A stretch of DNA of 38,076 bases, from positions 1-38,076 of the IMG/VR virus record IMGVR_UViG_3300011338_000175. One strand, written 5' to 3'. The position numbers were made by a program, and so were the translations under genes. The notes under the pieces are model-generated. The model was not told where the DNA came from and searched no databases. It worked only from the letters and a program-made list of their open reading frames with translations. This stretch comes from a virus (lineage: Duplodnaviria > Caudoviricetes). Positions 6,655 to 16,579 of the stretch are shown in pieces (positions within the stretch are counted from its first letter, which is position 1; each line of letters begins with the position of its first letter).

Positions 6655-7929
6655 TTATACTTGGTTGAAAAGCAGGATACCTGCCATTTCAGGGTTCGTC
6701 ATAACCACACCATACAGTGTGTCCAGCGTGTAAAGCGTCTGGAAGGTCAGTGGATCGAAACGCTTGGTCATGACCAATTCGATACCCTGATCCGTTGATG
6801 CACGAAGAACGTCAACGCCAGCGCCATCTGGAACAGCATAGCGGCCTGGGAGGAGTTCAATCGAATCCTTGCGCCAGAACGGGTTGATGTTCGAAGCCGC
6901 TACGTTCAAGAAGTTGATCGGGGCAGTTGCCGAGGTCGAGACTACTTCAACGTTCTGATACTGAAGTTCAGCATCAGTTGGAGCCGAGTTTGCACCGATG
7001 ATTGGAGGGCTGATAACCATTGACGTACCGTTGACAACTTCAATGACGCGGAACGTCTTGAGTTCGCCAGTGGAACGCTTCGTGATGTGGTGAACAGCTT
7101 CAATACCATCAATCGTGAACGCATCACCCGCAACAGTGCCTGTCGTTGTCGAAACAGTAACAGTCTGATAGCGGTTGTCTACGTTCAGGATGCCCGAAAC
7201 GCTATTCGTGGTTGCTTCAGGAACATAACGAACCTGTGCACCATTGGTAGCAATCGTAGGTGTTGCAGCGTTAGCAGCACAACGGTTAGCATAGTCAAGC
7301 TTGTAGGTTGAGAAGCTTGCGACTTCACCAACGAACGAACGCTCATATGCGTTAGCCGACTTCGTGCCAGTGAACGAGCGAGTCGCTACTGCCAAGTTAC
7401 CAGCCATGCCGTTATAATCGCGGCTCGACAATGCGAGGTAGCGATCACCAGCCATAACACCCTGTTCGTTCATGATGCTGTCGCAAAGTGCAACATCGTC
7501 ATAATCGCCAGCAGCGGTAGCTACGTCAACAACAAGCGTACCCTGAGCAGCAGCCAAATCCATAACGGAAAGGTTGATGTCCGAAGCAAGCTTCTGCTTT
7601 GCAGCATCGCCAAGACGGTTTTCTTGTAGTGCATCACGAAGTTCCAAAGCATTCATTTCCCACGCAGAGCAAGGGCTGAAGCCCAAGGTCGAAGGAACAG
7701 AAAGCTGGGTCATCGTCTGAACATTAGAAGCAATCGTCGTACCAACAGTACGAGTGAACGACTGAGCGATGTATGGTTGCGGACGCCACATGGTGTCACG
7801 AGCGCGTTCCATAGTTACGCCATTGGTGTTGTAGATGTTGACGTTCTTTGAAAGGATCAAAGCGTCATGGAAGCCTTCAAGAATATTCTCAAAGGCAACA
7901 ATTTCTTCTTTTGAAAAAGCATTTGCCAT
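6655..7929 (-). CDS. Major capsid protein, P22 gp5 family
   Basis: 424 aa; WRPQPY, AKQKLASDIN, GDAFTIDG, NPEMAGI; synteny. Confidence 0.95.
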   Translation of the reverse strand: MANAFSKEEIVAFENILEGFHDALILSKNVNIYNTNGVTMERARDTMWRPQPYIAQSFTRTVGTTIASNVQTMTQLSVPSTLGFSPCSAWEMNALELRDALQENRLGDAAKQKLASDINLSVMDLAAAQGTLVVDVATAAGDYDDVALCDSIMNEQGVMAGDRYLALSSRDYNGMAGNLAVATRSFTGTKSANAYERSFVGEVASFSTYKLDYANRCAANAATPTIATNGAQVRYVPEATTNSVSGILNVDNRYQTVTVSTTTGTVAGDAFTIDGIEAVHHITKRSTGELKTFRVIEVVNGTSMVISPPIIGANSAPTDAELQYQNVEVVSTSATAPINFLNVAASNINPFWRKDSIELLPGRYAVPDGAGVDVLRASTDQGIELVMTKRFDPLTFQTLYTLDTLYGVVMTNPEMAGILLFNQV

Positions 7930-7947
7930 TATATTAACTCCGAAAAA

Positions 7948-8805
7948 TTAGGTTTTCTTATTACGACGCTTATACTCCATGACCTTTGATAAGTCTCCGG
8001 TCTTCAAAGCTTCAGCGCGTAAGCGTTCAAGTTGTGAATCAATGGAACCAGACACACGCCCACCGCTTGTGGTGATTGTACGTTCTGGCGAGGTTGTCGC
8101 CCTACGGTTAGTTACTTTCAACTGAGTCTCCAGTTTTGCTACCGCAAAGGCAAACTTTACGGGGTCGGTGATTGCTGCCAGTTCCTTAGCTCGCTTAGTG
8201 CTTTTGCCAATTGCGTAAATAAGCAAAGCAGGATTGTCAGAGCCTTGTAGAACTATCCCTTGTTGCGTTACGTCAAACGTATCTAAAGCCGTGGCTTCAG
8301 CTTCGTCATAGTCCCGCACCTTTAACGAGGCTTTCGCCTTCGCATAGGAATCAAGCTTGTCCTGCCATGCCTTAGACTCAGCATCTCGCTGCGCTACTGC
8401 CTTGGCTTCCACTGAATCGTATTCGCGTTTATGCTCATACCAATCAGCAAGCTTTTGTTCATACTCGTCGGAGTCATAGTCGCAACTTTCAAGCGTTGGC
8501 TTTGTTACTAATGCAACTGGTTTGGTCTCAGTTGCTGCCGTATTTAGCTTTGCTTCCAGTTCGCGTATCTTCCGCTCTTTTTCCCGATTTGATTTACGCA
8601 ATTCACGCACCCAAGCAGGCGCACGAACTTCTTCATCTTGAGGTGGCGATTCCTCTCCGATAGATATTACGACTTCATCTTCGTCATCTTCTTCGTCATC
8701 ATCAGCCTGGTCGATGGAATTGGTCTCATCTTCCGCTTGGTCATTGATGTCTGTGTCGATGTCTATTGTGTCGATGTTGTCGTTATCCAGTTCTGCCGTT
8801 TTCAT
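7948..8805 (-). CDS. Scaffolding protein
   Basis: Acidic N-terminus, coiled coil, basic C-terminal coat-binding-like helix; between portal and coat. Confidence 0.85.
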   Translation of the reverse strand: MKTAELDNDNIDTIDIDTDINDQAEDETNSIDQADDDEEDDEDEVVISIGEESPPQDEEVRAPAWVRELRKSNREKERKIRELEAKLNTAATETKPVALVTKPTLESCDYDSDEYEQKLADWYEHKREYDSVEAKAVAQRDAESKAWQDKLDSYAKAKASLKVRDYDEAEATALDTFDVTQQGIVLQGSDNPALLIYAIGKSTKRAKELAAITDPVKFAFAVAKLETQLKVTNRRATTSPERTITTSGGRVSGSIDSQLERLRAEALKTGDLSKVMEYKRRNKKT

Positions 8806-8822
8806 GTTTTAACCCCATTAAC

Positions 8823-10895
8823 TCACCCAAATTGTGTGGAGGGTGGAACCACATTCATTTGCGGCTGTATTGCAGCCCCAATCTTTTCAGCAGTCTCAAT
8901 AGCGGACTTGCGTTCGTCTATATCGACGCTTGATAGCGTTTGAATTGTCTTAGCCTTCGTTTCTTCCGAACGCGCCAAGGTAAGTTCAGTGTCAGCCTGT
9001 GCCTTGATAGCCAGTGCCTGTGCCTTTGCAGCTTCAGCCAGCAGATAAGCAGTCTGTGGATCTTGCGGCACGTTAGCTTGTGCTTCCATCATCTGCTGCT
9101 GTTCTTCTTCCGTTGGCTTCAGGACGCCCATCTGGACTAGCTGCTTGCGGAAGTATTCCTTGATGTCGCCAATGCCTTCGCCTTCCATGTTCATGATAGC
9201 CATAGCTTGCAGAACCTGTTGGGTTGTTGGATCGGTGGTAACTTGCATCATGCCTGTAAGCGCACGGACTGTTGCGTCACGGCGACTGCTTGACGATGGG
9301 CCAACGTCTACGGCAACATCAAACAAGGCATCAGCCAGGTTGTTCTCGTAAATCAGTTCGCCCGTTTCTTCGTCGATCTGTGGCTTCATCAGTTCAATCG
9401 AACCGACTTCTTCCATAGTGCCGACAGTTTTCATCTTGCGCTTTTCTTCGACGTAGATGTCTTTCGACATTGATAGCCATATCTCACCACAGCGGCGCAC
9501 AGCCTTAGCCATGTTGCTCATGTAGATGAACGTCTGCATATCAAGACGGGTCTGGATTAGCTCAACAGCTTTGCCGCTGATGCCACTGACCATCTTGTCG
9601 GCTTGCTGGGTGCTTCCCAGTATCTCAGCCATGTCCTGCTCAGTTAGCGCAAGTAATGCTGCCATTGCTGGCGGAATCTGTGCGGACTTAGTATAAGCAA
9701 CTGGGCCAGCAGCAGTAGTCTCGCCGTTTGGCCCTGTGATTGGATTGATTAACAAATAAGGATAATTGCGAAGGTTATCCTCTGCCCACATGATCTGATG
9801 GCCTGAGACTTGCTCTGGCATTAAGATGGGCTTTTCAATCGACGAAAGCGCACTGATCTCACCTAGTTTGGATAGCTGCATGTTCTTGAGGCGCTGCGGG
9901 TCTTTGGCTAGGCGCACATGGCCCATGCAACGCTCGACGTTATCAACGAACCAACGCTTGCCATAGACAGGAACGATAGGAATGTTCTTGCCAGCAATGT
10001 AACCCATATCGTCAAGGATGCCGCCGCCGCTCATGATATACTTGCGGACGCGCTTACGCTTGGTACGCTTCTGGCGTACTTCTACAGTCCCAACAGCGGC
10101 TAGTGTTTCCTCTAGCGTTTCGTCTGCGTCGAAGTCTGCTTGCGTGTAGCGTTCTTCTTCGCCTTGAATCGTTAGGAAGATGCGGACTGTCTCACGCACT
10201 TCTTCAACGCGATAATACTCAGCGACAAACACAACGTCAGGCGTATCCCAATCAAACTCGTATTGATGAATTACCTTGGGCCATGTTGCTGGGTCATCAT
10301 TCCATTCAGCTTTGTAAGCTTCGTAGGTCATTGAATACAGCACGAAGCAATACTTAGCGTCAGCCTTGTCCTGGCGCTTTGCATCAAGGTCAAAGAACAC
10401 GGAGCTATCAGCGTCATAGATTGGTTCTATGCGGATGCGCTGGCGTTCGTCCTCATCGTTTTCTTCATCTTCATACGCAGTGCGTAAACGCCATGCGCCA
10501 TAGCCACCGCCTACAGCTTCCTCGAAAGCGTTGTCGTATGCTTCTTCTGCGCCGCTGTCCCGTTCGTCTGCACGATAGAGACCGTTACACGTTTCGGTTA
10601 GCCTGTCGTTTGCTTCGCCATCTTTGCTTACAAAGTCCACAGCGATGCGGTTGTTACGATATTCGTTAATGATACGAATGACGCTAAGGTGAATCTTATT
10701 TACCTCAAAGCGTGGCTTGTTTTCGTATTGTTGACCTAGTGGCCCTTCCCACTGCGCTCCTGCTATGGAGTAGAAGCGTCGATCTTGTAAGCACTGCAAG
10801 CGTTCATCACGCACAGATGTTTGAACACGATCAAACTCCGTCATCGCCTGTTGGTGGATGTTCTGGAACCGTTGTTCTTTATTCAATCGAGCCAT
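8823..10895 (-). CDS. Portal protein, P22 gp1 family
   Basis: 690 aa; AFEEAVGGGYGAWR, IPIVPVYGKRWFVDNVER, DPQRLKN. Confidence 0.95.
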   Translation of the reverse strand: MARLNKEQRFQNIHQQAMTEFDRVQTSVRDERLQCLQDRRFYSIAGAQWEGPLGQQYENKPRFEVNKIHLSVIRIINEYRNNRIAVDFVSKDGEANDRLTETCNGLYRADERDSGAEEAYDNAFEEAVGGGYGAWRLRTAYEDEENDEDERQRIRIEPIYDADSSVFFDLDAKRQDKADAKYCFVLYSMTYEAYKAEWNDDPATWPKVIHQYEFDWDTPDVVFVAEYYRVEEVRETVRIFLTIQGEEERYTQADFDADETLEETLAAVGTVEVRQKRTKRKRVRKYIMSGGGILDDMGYIAGKNIPIVPVYGKRWFVDNVERCMGHVRLAKDPQRLKNMQLSKLGEISALSSIEKPILMPEQVSGHQIMWAEDNLRNYPYLLINPITGPNGETTAAGPVAYTKSAQIPPAMAALLALTEQDMAEILGSTQQADKMVSGISGKAVELIQTRLDMQTFIYMSNMAKAVRRCGEIWLSMSKDIYVEEKRKMKTVGTMEEVGSIELMKPQIDEETGELIYENNLADALFDVAVDVGPSSSSRRDATVRALTGMMQVTTDPTTQQVLQAMAIMNMEGEGIGDIKEYFRKQLVQMGVLKPTEEEQQQMMEAQANVPQDPQTAYLLAEAAKAQALAIKAQADTELTLARSEETKAKTIQTLSSVDIDERKSAIETAEKIGAAIQPQMNVVPPSTQFG

Positions 10896-12119
10896 TTACC
10901 ACCTACTCACAGTTGCCAAAGGTTGCACATCGAAAGTCTTTGCAGGGACTGCTCGACGTATGGCCTCGCACGCATAACGTAGCGCGTCTATAAGGTGATT
11001 ATCACGATCTGCAAGGATTGGCAAGATTTGTCCTGTCAAGGGGTCAGTTTTATAACTATAGCACGTTAATTCGTCAATCGTGTGTTGGCAGCGAGGGTGG
11101 ACAATGATGTCATATGACTTCAACCATTCAACGCCTTCCTCTACAGACTTCGGCCCTTTGACTGCTGCCATGATCTTTGGGAAGCCATGTTTACGCATAT
11201 GACTAATGGTTTCAGGTCTGGCGCTGTCAGCAACGATGGGCCACTTTTCAGAGTCAGGCACAGTGAAGAATAGGTCTGGCGTGTCCATAATCTCACAGCC
11301 TACTCGATACGCTTCATGATCGACATAGATTGTGCGGCCAACAACATGGCAGCGGATTAGCACTGTCGGGTCAGATGCAAAGCCCCAGTCAGCGCCGAAG
11401 CGATGCGTTGCGTCATCTGGCGTTTCGAAGTCCTCTACCTTCCAGTTACGGAATACTCGCGCCTCACTGTTGGATGAATAGTTACCCAGCCAAACGTGCT
11501 TATATTTGTCAGGGTCTCTATCCCTGTCATATTCCATTTCGCCTTTAAGTACATCAGGGAACCAAGGATTGTCTCGATAGTTTACCTGTGCAACCACAGC
11601 GTCAGGCGGTGGGCTTGGGCCACGCAGCAGCATATCAATCGGGTCGCTGCTGTTCAGCGGGTTCCATGTAAACCATAGCTCACTGTCTGGCTTACGGATT
11701 GTCGGCCGCAATAAGTCTAACGAGCGCTGCGATAGCGTCTGCGATTCTTCCACCCAAGCGCAGTCATAACCTTCTAGCGACTTGATGGAATCGGCTGTGT
11801 GGTTCTGCATCCCCTGGAAGATGATTAGTCCATCGCCAAGCGCCGACTTTATTTGTGCTTCTTGAATCTCAAAGTAATCCTGAACGCCAAGCTGCTCAAT
11901 CTTAAGCTCCAACAAACGCTTGACCGATTGCGATAGCGACTTCTGTATCTCACGAACGCAAACGGTTCTGCGCCGCTGATCCATAACGTGCGCTTCGATA
12001 ACCATTTCTGCGAAGGCATGGCTCTTACCACTTCCCCGTCCACCATGAGCGCCCTTGTATCGACTAGGCTTTAGGAACGGCTTGAACCAGCGCGGGGTTT
12101 TAATCCTTAGCGTTGTCAT
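10896..12119 (-). CDS. terL: Terminase large subunit (PBSX/Terminase_3 type)
   Basis: Walker A GGRGSGKS, Walker B WVEE, nuclease GADWG...DP and NHLIDALRYA. Confidence 0.95.
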   Translation of the reverse strand: MTTLRIKTPRWFKPFLKPSRYKGAHGGRGSGKSHAFAEMVIEAHVMDQRRRTVCVREIQKSLSQSVKRLLELKIEQLGVQDYFEIQEAQIKSALGDGLIIFQGMQNHTADSIKSLEGYDCAWVEESQTLSQRSLDLLRPTIRKPDSELWFTWNPLNSSDPIDMLLRGPSPPPDAVVAQVNYRDNPWFPDVLKGEMEYDRDRDPDKYKHVWLGNYSSNSEARVFRNWKVEDFETPDDATHRFGADWGFASDPTVLIRCHVVGRTIYVDHEAYRVGCEIMDTPDLFFTVPDSEKWPIVADSARPETISHMRKHGFPKIMAAVKGPKSVEEGVEWLKSYDIIVHPRCQHTIDELTCYSYKTDPLTGQILPILADRDNHLIDALRYACEAIRRAVPAKTFDVQPLATVSRW

Positions 12120-12510
12120 CTGTCACTTCGCGTATGATGCGCGTAACCATGCTTCCAGTGATACTCAGCTTAGTTGGCTCGTTGAACCCGTGCATTACGT
12201 TTAGCTCTTTTACGGCCGCTGTCATGCCTGTTGAGGTCTTTGCATCCTGGGCAATCCGATACGCTTGTATCAACCCTTTGACAGACATTTCGCGTGTCCA
12301 TAGTTGCTTCTCAACAACCATCGACTTCAATTCGTCAACTCTTGCCCTAATCTTGCCGTCATTCATCATGATGGAAGCCTTGGAATAAACAGTACTATCC
12401 TTCATTCCTTCAGCGTCATAAGCCATTCTGTAAGCGTCACCTTGGCCCATGCCATCAGCTATCGCCTGAGCGAATGCTTCCTGCTTTGCGGTTAACTTAA
12501 CATCAGCCAT
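12100..12510 (-). CDS. terS: Terminase small subunit
   Basis: KLTAKQEAFAQ...AYRMAY HTH; directly upstream of terL. Confidence 0.85.
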   Translation of the reverse strand: MADVKLTAKQEAFAQAIADGMGQGDAYRMAYDAEGMKDSTVYSKASIMMNDGKIRARVDELKSMVVEKQLWTREMSVKGLIQAYRIAQDAKTSTGMTAAVKELNVMHGFNEPTKLSITGSMVTRIIREVTDDNAKD

Positions 12511-13846
12511 CGAATGCCTCACCTGTATCTGCGTGAATGGCTTTCTTTCCAGTAAAGCCCTGCCAACGATTAATGATTAAATCCACATACAATGGGCTTA
12601 ATTCCAAGCCGTATGCGTTTCTTCCATTCTTTTCCGCTGCCATCAGAGTTGAACCACTCCCCATGAACGGATCGAACACGACATCATCAGCATCAGTATA
12701 CGCTTTTATAAAGAACTCTGGAAGCCCTACTGGATAAGCCGCTGGGTGTCCTAATGCTTCAGATTGAAAAGTCGGCAGTCTGTTACCAGGATAAGCCATT
12801 CCTGCTGCTACATCATTGCCATCAACAGCAGACACATGGCCTTGGCGTTGCGCGGCATTAGTGTTGCCAGCGCCTTTGCCCTTTGCTTTGGGAACGGCCT
12901 TTGATTCATGCTTCACTGCGTCTGGATTGAACTTCCATTCACCCTTGGTGAAATGATAGATTGGCTCAAATTGGTTCTTGAACCTTCTTGCAACCTGTTG
13001 AGGTATTCCAGCCCTCTCCCAGCAGAACTCATCTGCATAATTCCATTGCCATTTGCGCGCATGGGCCAACACCAAATCAAATACATACAGCTCGCGTTTT
13101 ATGCCTTCAGCATTAGGCTTGATGTTGCAGAAATACGAACCATCATTTTCTAGGTTGGCATAGATGTTTGTTGCGATGTCTTCATACCAATCCACATACT
13201 CATCAACGCGAATAGGCTTAAACGATGACTCCTTATCATATTCCCGCTGTGACGCATACGGAGGTGATGTAACCACCAAGTTAATCATTTTCCCATCAAG
13301 AACCTTTGCGACATCGTTAAAGGATTTGCAATCTCCACACATCAACCTGTGATTGCCCAATATCCAGACATCACCAACAATGGTCTTTGCTGTTTTAGGC
13401 ATCTCAGGAACAGTGTCTTCATCCGCTAATCTAATGGATGGCGATGTCTCCAGCAATCCATCCAGAAAATCGTCATCAAAGCCCAACAGTTCTAGGTTGA
13501 AGTTCTCCAGGTTAAGATCTTCAATCTCCGCCTTCAGCATACCCATGTCCCACCCTGCGTTCAGGGCAAGCTGGTTATCAGCTATCACTAAGGCGCGTTG
13601 CTGGGCCTTTGACAGATGGTCGAGGATAATTGCTGGCACTTCTTCAAGGCCAAGCTTTCTTGCTGCCAGTAGGCGTCCGTGTCCTGCAATAATCGTGTTA
13701 TCGCCATCTATCAGGATTGGGTTAGTCCAGCCAAACTCTTTTATGCTGGCTGCGATCTGCGCCACCTGTGCATCGCTGTGCGTGCGGCTGTTGGCGGCAT
13801 ATGGGATTAAGTCTGCGACGGAGCGCGTTTCAATTTTAGGTGTCAT
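12503..13846 (-). CDS. ParB-N domain fused to beta-class N4/N6 DNA methyltransferase
   Basis: IAASIKEFGWTNPIL...IIAGHGRLLAA; TSPPY before DPFMGSGST. Confidence 0.92.
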   Translation of the reverse strand: MTPKIETRSVADLIPYAANSRTHSDAQVAQIAASIKEFGWTNPILIDGDNTIIAGHGRLLAARKLGLEEVPAIILDHLSKAQQRALVIADNQLALNAGWDMGMLKAEIEDLNLENFNLELLGFDDDFLDGLLETSPSIRLADEDTVPEMPKTAKTIVGDVWILGNHRLMCGDCKSFNDVAKVLDGKMINLVVTSPPYASQREYDKESSFKPIRVDEYVDWYEDIATNIYANLENDGSYFCNIKPNAEGIKRELYVFDLVLAHARKWQWNYADEFCWERAGIPQQVARRFKNQFEPIYHFTKGEWKFNPDAVKHESKAVPKAKGKGAGNTNAAQRQGHVSAVDGNDVAAGMAYPGNRLPTFQSEALGHPAAYPVGLPEFFIKAYTDADDVVFDPFMGSGSTLMAAEKNGRNAYGLELSPLYVDLIINRWQGFTGKKAIHADTGEAFDG

Positions 13847-13888
13847 CTCAGCTTCCAATAAGGTCTGGTGGAAGCCTTTTAGAATATC

Positions 13889-14296
13889 TTAATCGTCTTG
13901 TCTATTGCCCAAAAATTCATCCCTTCCACAATGATAGCCTTTTATCCAATCTTTGTGCATTTGTGACCTTTGCGATCTTGCAAGGAGTCCGCCTGTTAAA
14001 CCTGATATGTATCCAGCTTCAAAATGATGACGGTCAACAGAATCAGCGTTTTCAACCACCAAGTCTAAGCGGATTTCGATCTCAATAAGCTTTGCGAGAT
14101 AATGCTGGCATTTTTTTAAATCTTGCGTGCCATTCTTTTCACGATAGCGGGATAAATACTTTATGCAATTGCCTAGCAAATATCCTGAGAAAGCTTCTGG
14201 CGTCATCCATGCTTCCATAGCGTCCCAGGGCTGAACGTCCTTTGATGCGTAGTGGTCTCCGCCTACCTGATAGCTATTCGAATGTGTCATCATCAT
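13889..14296 (-). CDS. DUF3310 (T7 gp1.7/SaV-like) protein with C-terminal extension
   Basis: QVGGDHY...GNCIKYLSRYREKNGTQDLKKCQHYL. Confidence 0.8.
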   Translation of the reverse strand: MMMTHSNSYQVGGDHYASKDVQPWDAMEAWMTPEAFSGYLLGNCIKYLSRYREKNGTQDLKKCQHYLAKLIEIEIRLDLVVENADSVDRHHFEAGYISGLTGGLLARSQRSQMHKDWIKGYHCGRDEFLGNRQDD

Positions 14297-14489
14297 CTCC
14301 GAATGGATCGTAACCTTTCAGCATTGCATCGACTGCAACCATAATAGGCCCAGTGATGTTTATCTTGCCAGATTCCATCTTACGAATGGTTGTGCCGCCG
14401 TTGGCTGGTTTTAGGCGCAGTGCATCTGCCATTTCGTTTACGCTATAGCCCATGCGGTGACGGGCAAGCTTGAGCTTTTCAGGTGTCAT
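14274..14489 (-). CDS. XRE-type HTH protein
   Basis: MTPEKLKLARHRMGYSVNEMADAL...TIRKMESG. Confidence 0.8.
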   Translation of the reverse strand: MTPEKLKLARHRMGYSVNEMADALRLKPANGGTTIRKMESGKINITGPIMVAVDAMLKGYDPFGDDDDTFE

Positions 14490-14788
14490 GTCCCAGCCTT
14501 GCTCTTTTGTAAAGAATGGACGATTGTTGTGTGATCGCGGTTCATAATACGGCCTATTCCTGTGGTGGTGTGTCCCTTTTCACGCAGCATGACAATGCAC
14601 TTGCGACGCACTGCTACCAATGGCTTGAACTTACGTGGGCCTAAAATGTCCTCCAGTGTGAAGCAGTGCGCTTTAGCAATGGCTTCAATTTCCAGCAGAT
14701 TAGCTTGCCTTGGCGTCATGCCACGGCTGTCAACAAGCACTATTTCTTCTTCTTTGTCTTCCCAATCAAAATCGTTTTCAAACATCAT
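14486..14788 (-). CDS. DnaA C-terminal-like HTH protein
   Basis: EDILGPR...IGRIMNRDHTTIVH. Confidence 0.8.
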   Translation of the reverse strand: MMFENDFDWEDKEEEIVLVDSRGMTPRQANLLEIEAIAKAHCFTLEDILGPRKFKPLVAVRRKCIVMLREKGHTTTGIGRIMNRDHTTIVHSLQKSKAGT

Positions 14789-15078
14789 GCGTCCTTTTGG
14801 AAAATTCCGTCAACCATCTTGCCCTTACGGTCTTTGATTTCCTGCCATGCGCCATCAATGCAATCTTCAATGTGCATTCCGTTCTGTGCTGCCATGATCG
14901 TCAGCACCACGAACATATCTCCGATGGCATCTGCAAACTCTATGTCGTTTTTTTTGCCGATAGCGTTAGCCAGCTCACCAGCTTCTTCTATCAGTTTTAC
15001 GAATTGGCTTTTCAGGTCGCTGCCTTCGATCAGGTTGCGGTCTTGCGCCCACTGGCGAATTAAATCTGCGTAAATCAT
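14785..15078 (-). CDS. MazG-like nucleotide pyrophosphohydrolase
   Basis: KLIEEAGELA...DAIGD...IKDRKGKMVDGIF. Confidence 0.85.
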   Translation of the reverse strand: MIYADLIRQWAQDRNLIEGSDLKSQFVKLIEEAGELANAIGKKNDIEFADAIGDMFVVLTIMAAQNGMHIEDCIDGAWQEIKDRKGKMVDGIFQKDA

Positions 15079-15089
15079 TTTATATCTCC

Positions 15090-15392
15090 TTAGCCTTCTA
15101 ATAATTGATATGAGCGCATTTCGTCATAGCGATAGTCTGCTTCATCGTCGCTGCGGTCGAACTCTGTTTGCCATATCAGCTCTTGCAATGTGCCAGCGGG
15201 GTCTTCGTCATAATCGACTATGACTGTCAGCAGTTCAATCTCCTGAGTGTCGCTAATGCCGAAAGCCTTGCCGTTAAAAGCCATAGCATAGCGTGATGCT
15301 ACCCATGCGGCCTTCTGGCGCTTATGCTCTGCGTTGTAAGCGTTTAGTGCGTCGATAGCGTCTTGCGCTAGTTGTGTGAGGTTCTTGCTCAT
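15090..15392 (-). CDS. Hypothetical early protein, paralog of 21467..21760
   Basis: LAQDAIDAL / ELLTVIVDYDEDPAGTL match LAQAAIDAL / ELLEVITDFDCDPMGTL. Confidence 0.8.
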   Translation of the reverse strand: MSKNLTQLAQDAIDALNAYNAEHKRQKAAWVASRYAMAFNGKAFGISDTQEIELLTVIVDYDEDPAGTLQELIWQTEFDRSDDEADYRYDEMRSYQLLEG

Positions 15393-15634
15393 GCGTCTTG
15401 CTCCACAAAATCAGGGCATAGCAATGCCTGTGTGACAATGGCGGCAGCGCAATCTTCTGCGCTTGCGTAGCGTTCTGTAAATTCGCGGCCCAGCGCATCA
15501 GCGCAAGCATCCAGAAGTATGTTGCTTGTGATAATGTATTGGCGGGGATCAGCGCACGTTTCAAACTGGCCAGCGCGAATCTGCTTTGTTAAAAGCCCGT
15601 CTATGCGTTCGAATTGATATAGGGTGATGCTCAT
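15389..15634 (-). CDS. Hypothetical early protein (81 aa)
   Basis: ATG 15634 in ATGA overlap with upstream gene. Confidence 0.65.
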   Translation of the reverse strand: MSITLYQFERIDGLLTKQIRAGQFETCADPRQYIITSNILLDACADALGREFTERYASAEDCAAAIVTQALLCPDFVEQDA

Positions 15635-15798
15635 TGGGAATCCTTCAAAATGCTGATTCCTGTCACAATCATTGTGGCCAAGACTGTAGACGCTAACCAC
15701 ACAAAAATTGCGGTTTCCCAACCTATCGCTATTACCAAGTGTCCAGTAATCAACAAAAATGGTATTGCGATTAATAAAATTCCGAATGATATTTTCAT
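15631..15798 (-). CDS. 55-aa two-TM membrane protein (not in ORF track)
   Basis: MKISFGILLIAIPFLLITGHLVIAIGWETAIFVWLASTVLATMIVTGISILKDSQ; TAAGGAG RBS. Confidence 0.75.
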   Translation of the reverse strand: MKISFGILLIAIPFLLITGHLVIAIGWETAIFVWLASTVLATMIVTGISILKDSQ

Positions 15799-15884
15799 AA
15801 TCAGTCTCCTTATTGGCGGGATAATTCCCTTGCTGATGCCCCCTTATAAAAAGAGCTATTTATTCTGTAAAGCGTTTTTTTCAT
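15796..15884 (-). promoter_or_regulatory. Early promoter-leader-RBS unit, left copy (inverted repeat of 21238..21326)
   Basis: TTTACA(15871-66)-N17-TATAAG(15848-43), A-tract upstream, leader ending TAAGGAGACTGATTATG. Confidence 0.85.
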
Positions 15885-15888
15885 TTAA

Positions 15889-16065
15889 TTACGCTTTTTG
15901 TCGTTTTGCGTGTTCAATCGCAGCAAGCGCCCAGGCTTCGGGTGCGCCTTTGTATCGCCCCTTAGCCCAGTTCTTGCGTATATCATCCAGTGATATGCTT
16001 CCGAGGTCATATTTTATCAGGTCGCACATCAATCTGGTTGCCGCACTGCCGTTAGCCTTGACCAA
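15889..16065 (-). CDS. Small hypothetical protein (58 aa; start uncertain)
   Basis: Open frame ...RLMCDLIKYDLGSISLDDIRKNWAKGRYKGAPEAWALAAIEHAKRQKA filling the gap. Confidence 0.55.
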   Translation of the reverse strand: MVKANGSAATRLMCDLIKYDLGSISLDDIRKNWAKGRYKGAPEAWALAAIEHAKRQKA

Positions 16066-16579
16066 TTTGAAGGTTGCTCCGCAGTTCTGCTAATTCTTCA
16101 GCCGTGACGTATTCTTTGGGTGGCACATAATCCCTGTGGTGCAACATCAGTAAATATTCGGCTCGCATCAATTTGCGTCTACGCGCCATGCCTTCTTCCT
16201 GCACAACGGAATCGATCTCAGCAGGGGTTGGCATAAACTTGCAAGTCCGCAGCAATTTAAGAAACGCACCGCGCAAATCGACCAGTGGATAGATTCGCAA
16301 TGTCATCCAGTATAATTCCAGACGCTCCGATTCTTCCTCTTGGCTGCGCTTTTGGCTGGCAGTGGCTAGTGCAAGCTTCGCAATCATGACTTCGACCTGT
16401 TCACGCTCTGGCATTGGTGGGCGCGGCGCATCCACATACTGTTGCAATGTCTCAGCAGACTTAGGCCCAATCGTCGGCAAATCGCTCCCCATCAGCAGAT
16501 CGTTTAGCTTGGCTGGCAAGGACGGCTCTGACCATTGGGTTAGTTGGCTCTGTTGCGTGTTGACGATTTGTTGTTCCAT
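16052..16579 (-). CDS. Replication partner in lambda-P position (putative helicase loader/inhibitor)
   Basis: Downstream of initiator; LYWMTL...CKFMPTPAEI; AAGGA RBS. Confidence 0.6.
   Translation of the reverse strand: MEQQIVNTQQSQLTQWSEPSLPAKLNDLLMGSDLPTIGPKSAETLQQYVDAPRPPMPEREQVEVMIAKLALATASQKRSQEEESERLELYWMTLRIYPLVDLRGAFLKLLRTCKFMPTPAEIDSVVQEEGMARRRKLMRAEYLLMLHHRDYVPPKEYVTAEELAELRSNLQIGQG

Noticed and set aside
12503-13846. ParB-methylase as a partition or restriction-modification system
   Set aside because: This fusion next to terminase is common in phages; no ParA or cognate restriction enzyme seen
13353-13892. Long antisense ORFs (also 15650..16093, 27244..27714, 29375..29815)
   Set aside because: Reverse-strand shadows of well-supported genes, with no RBS or motifs
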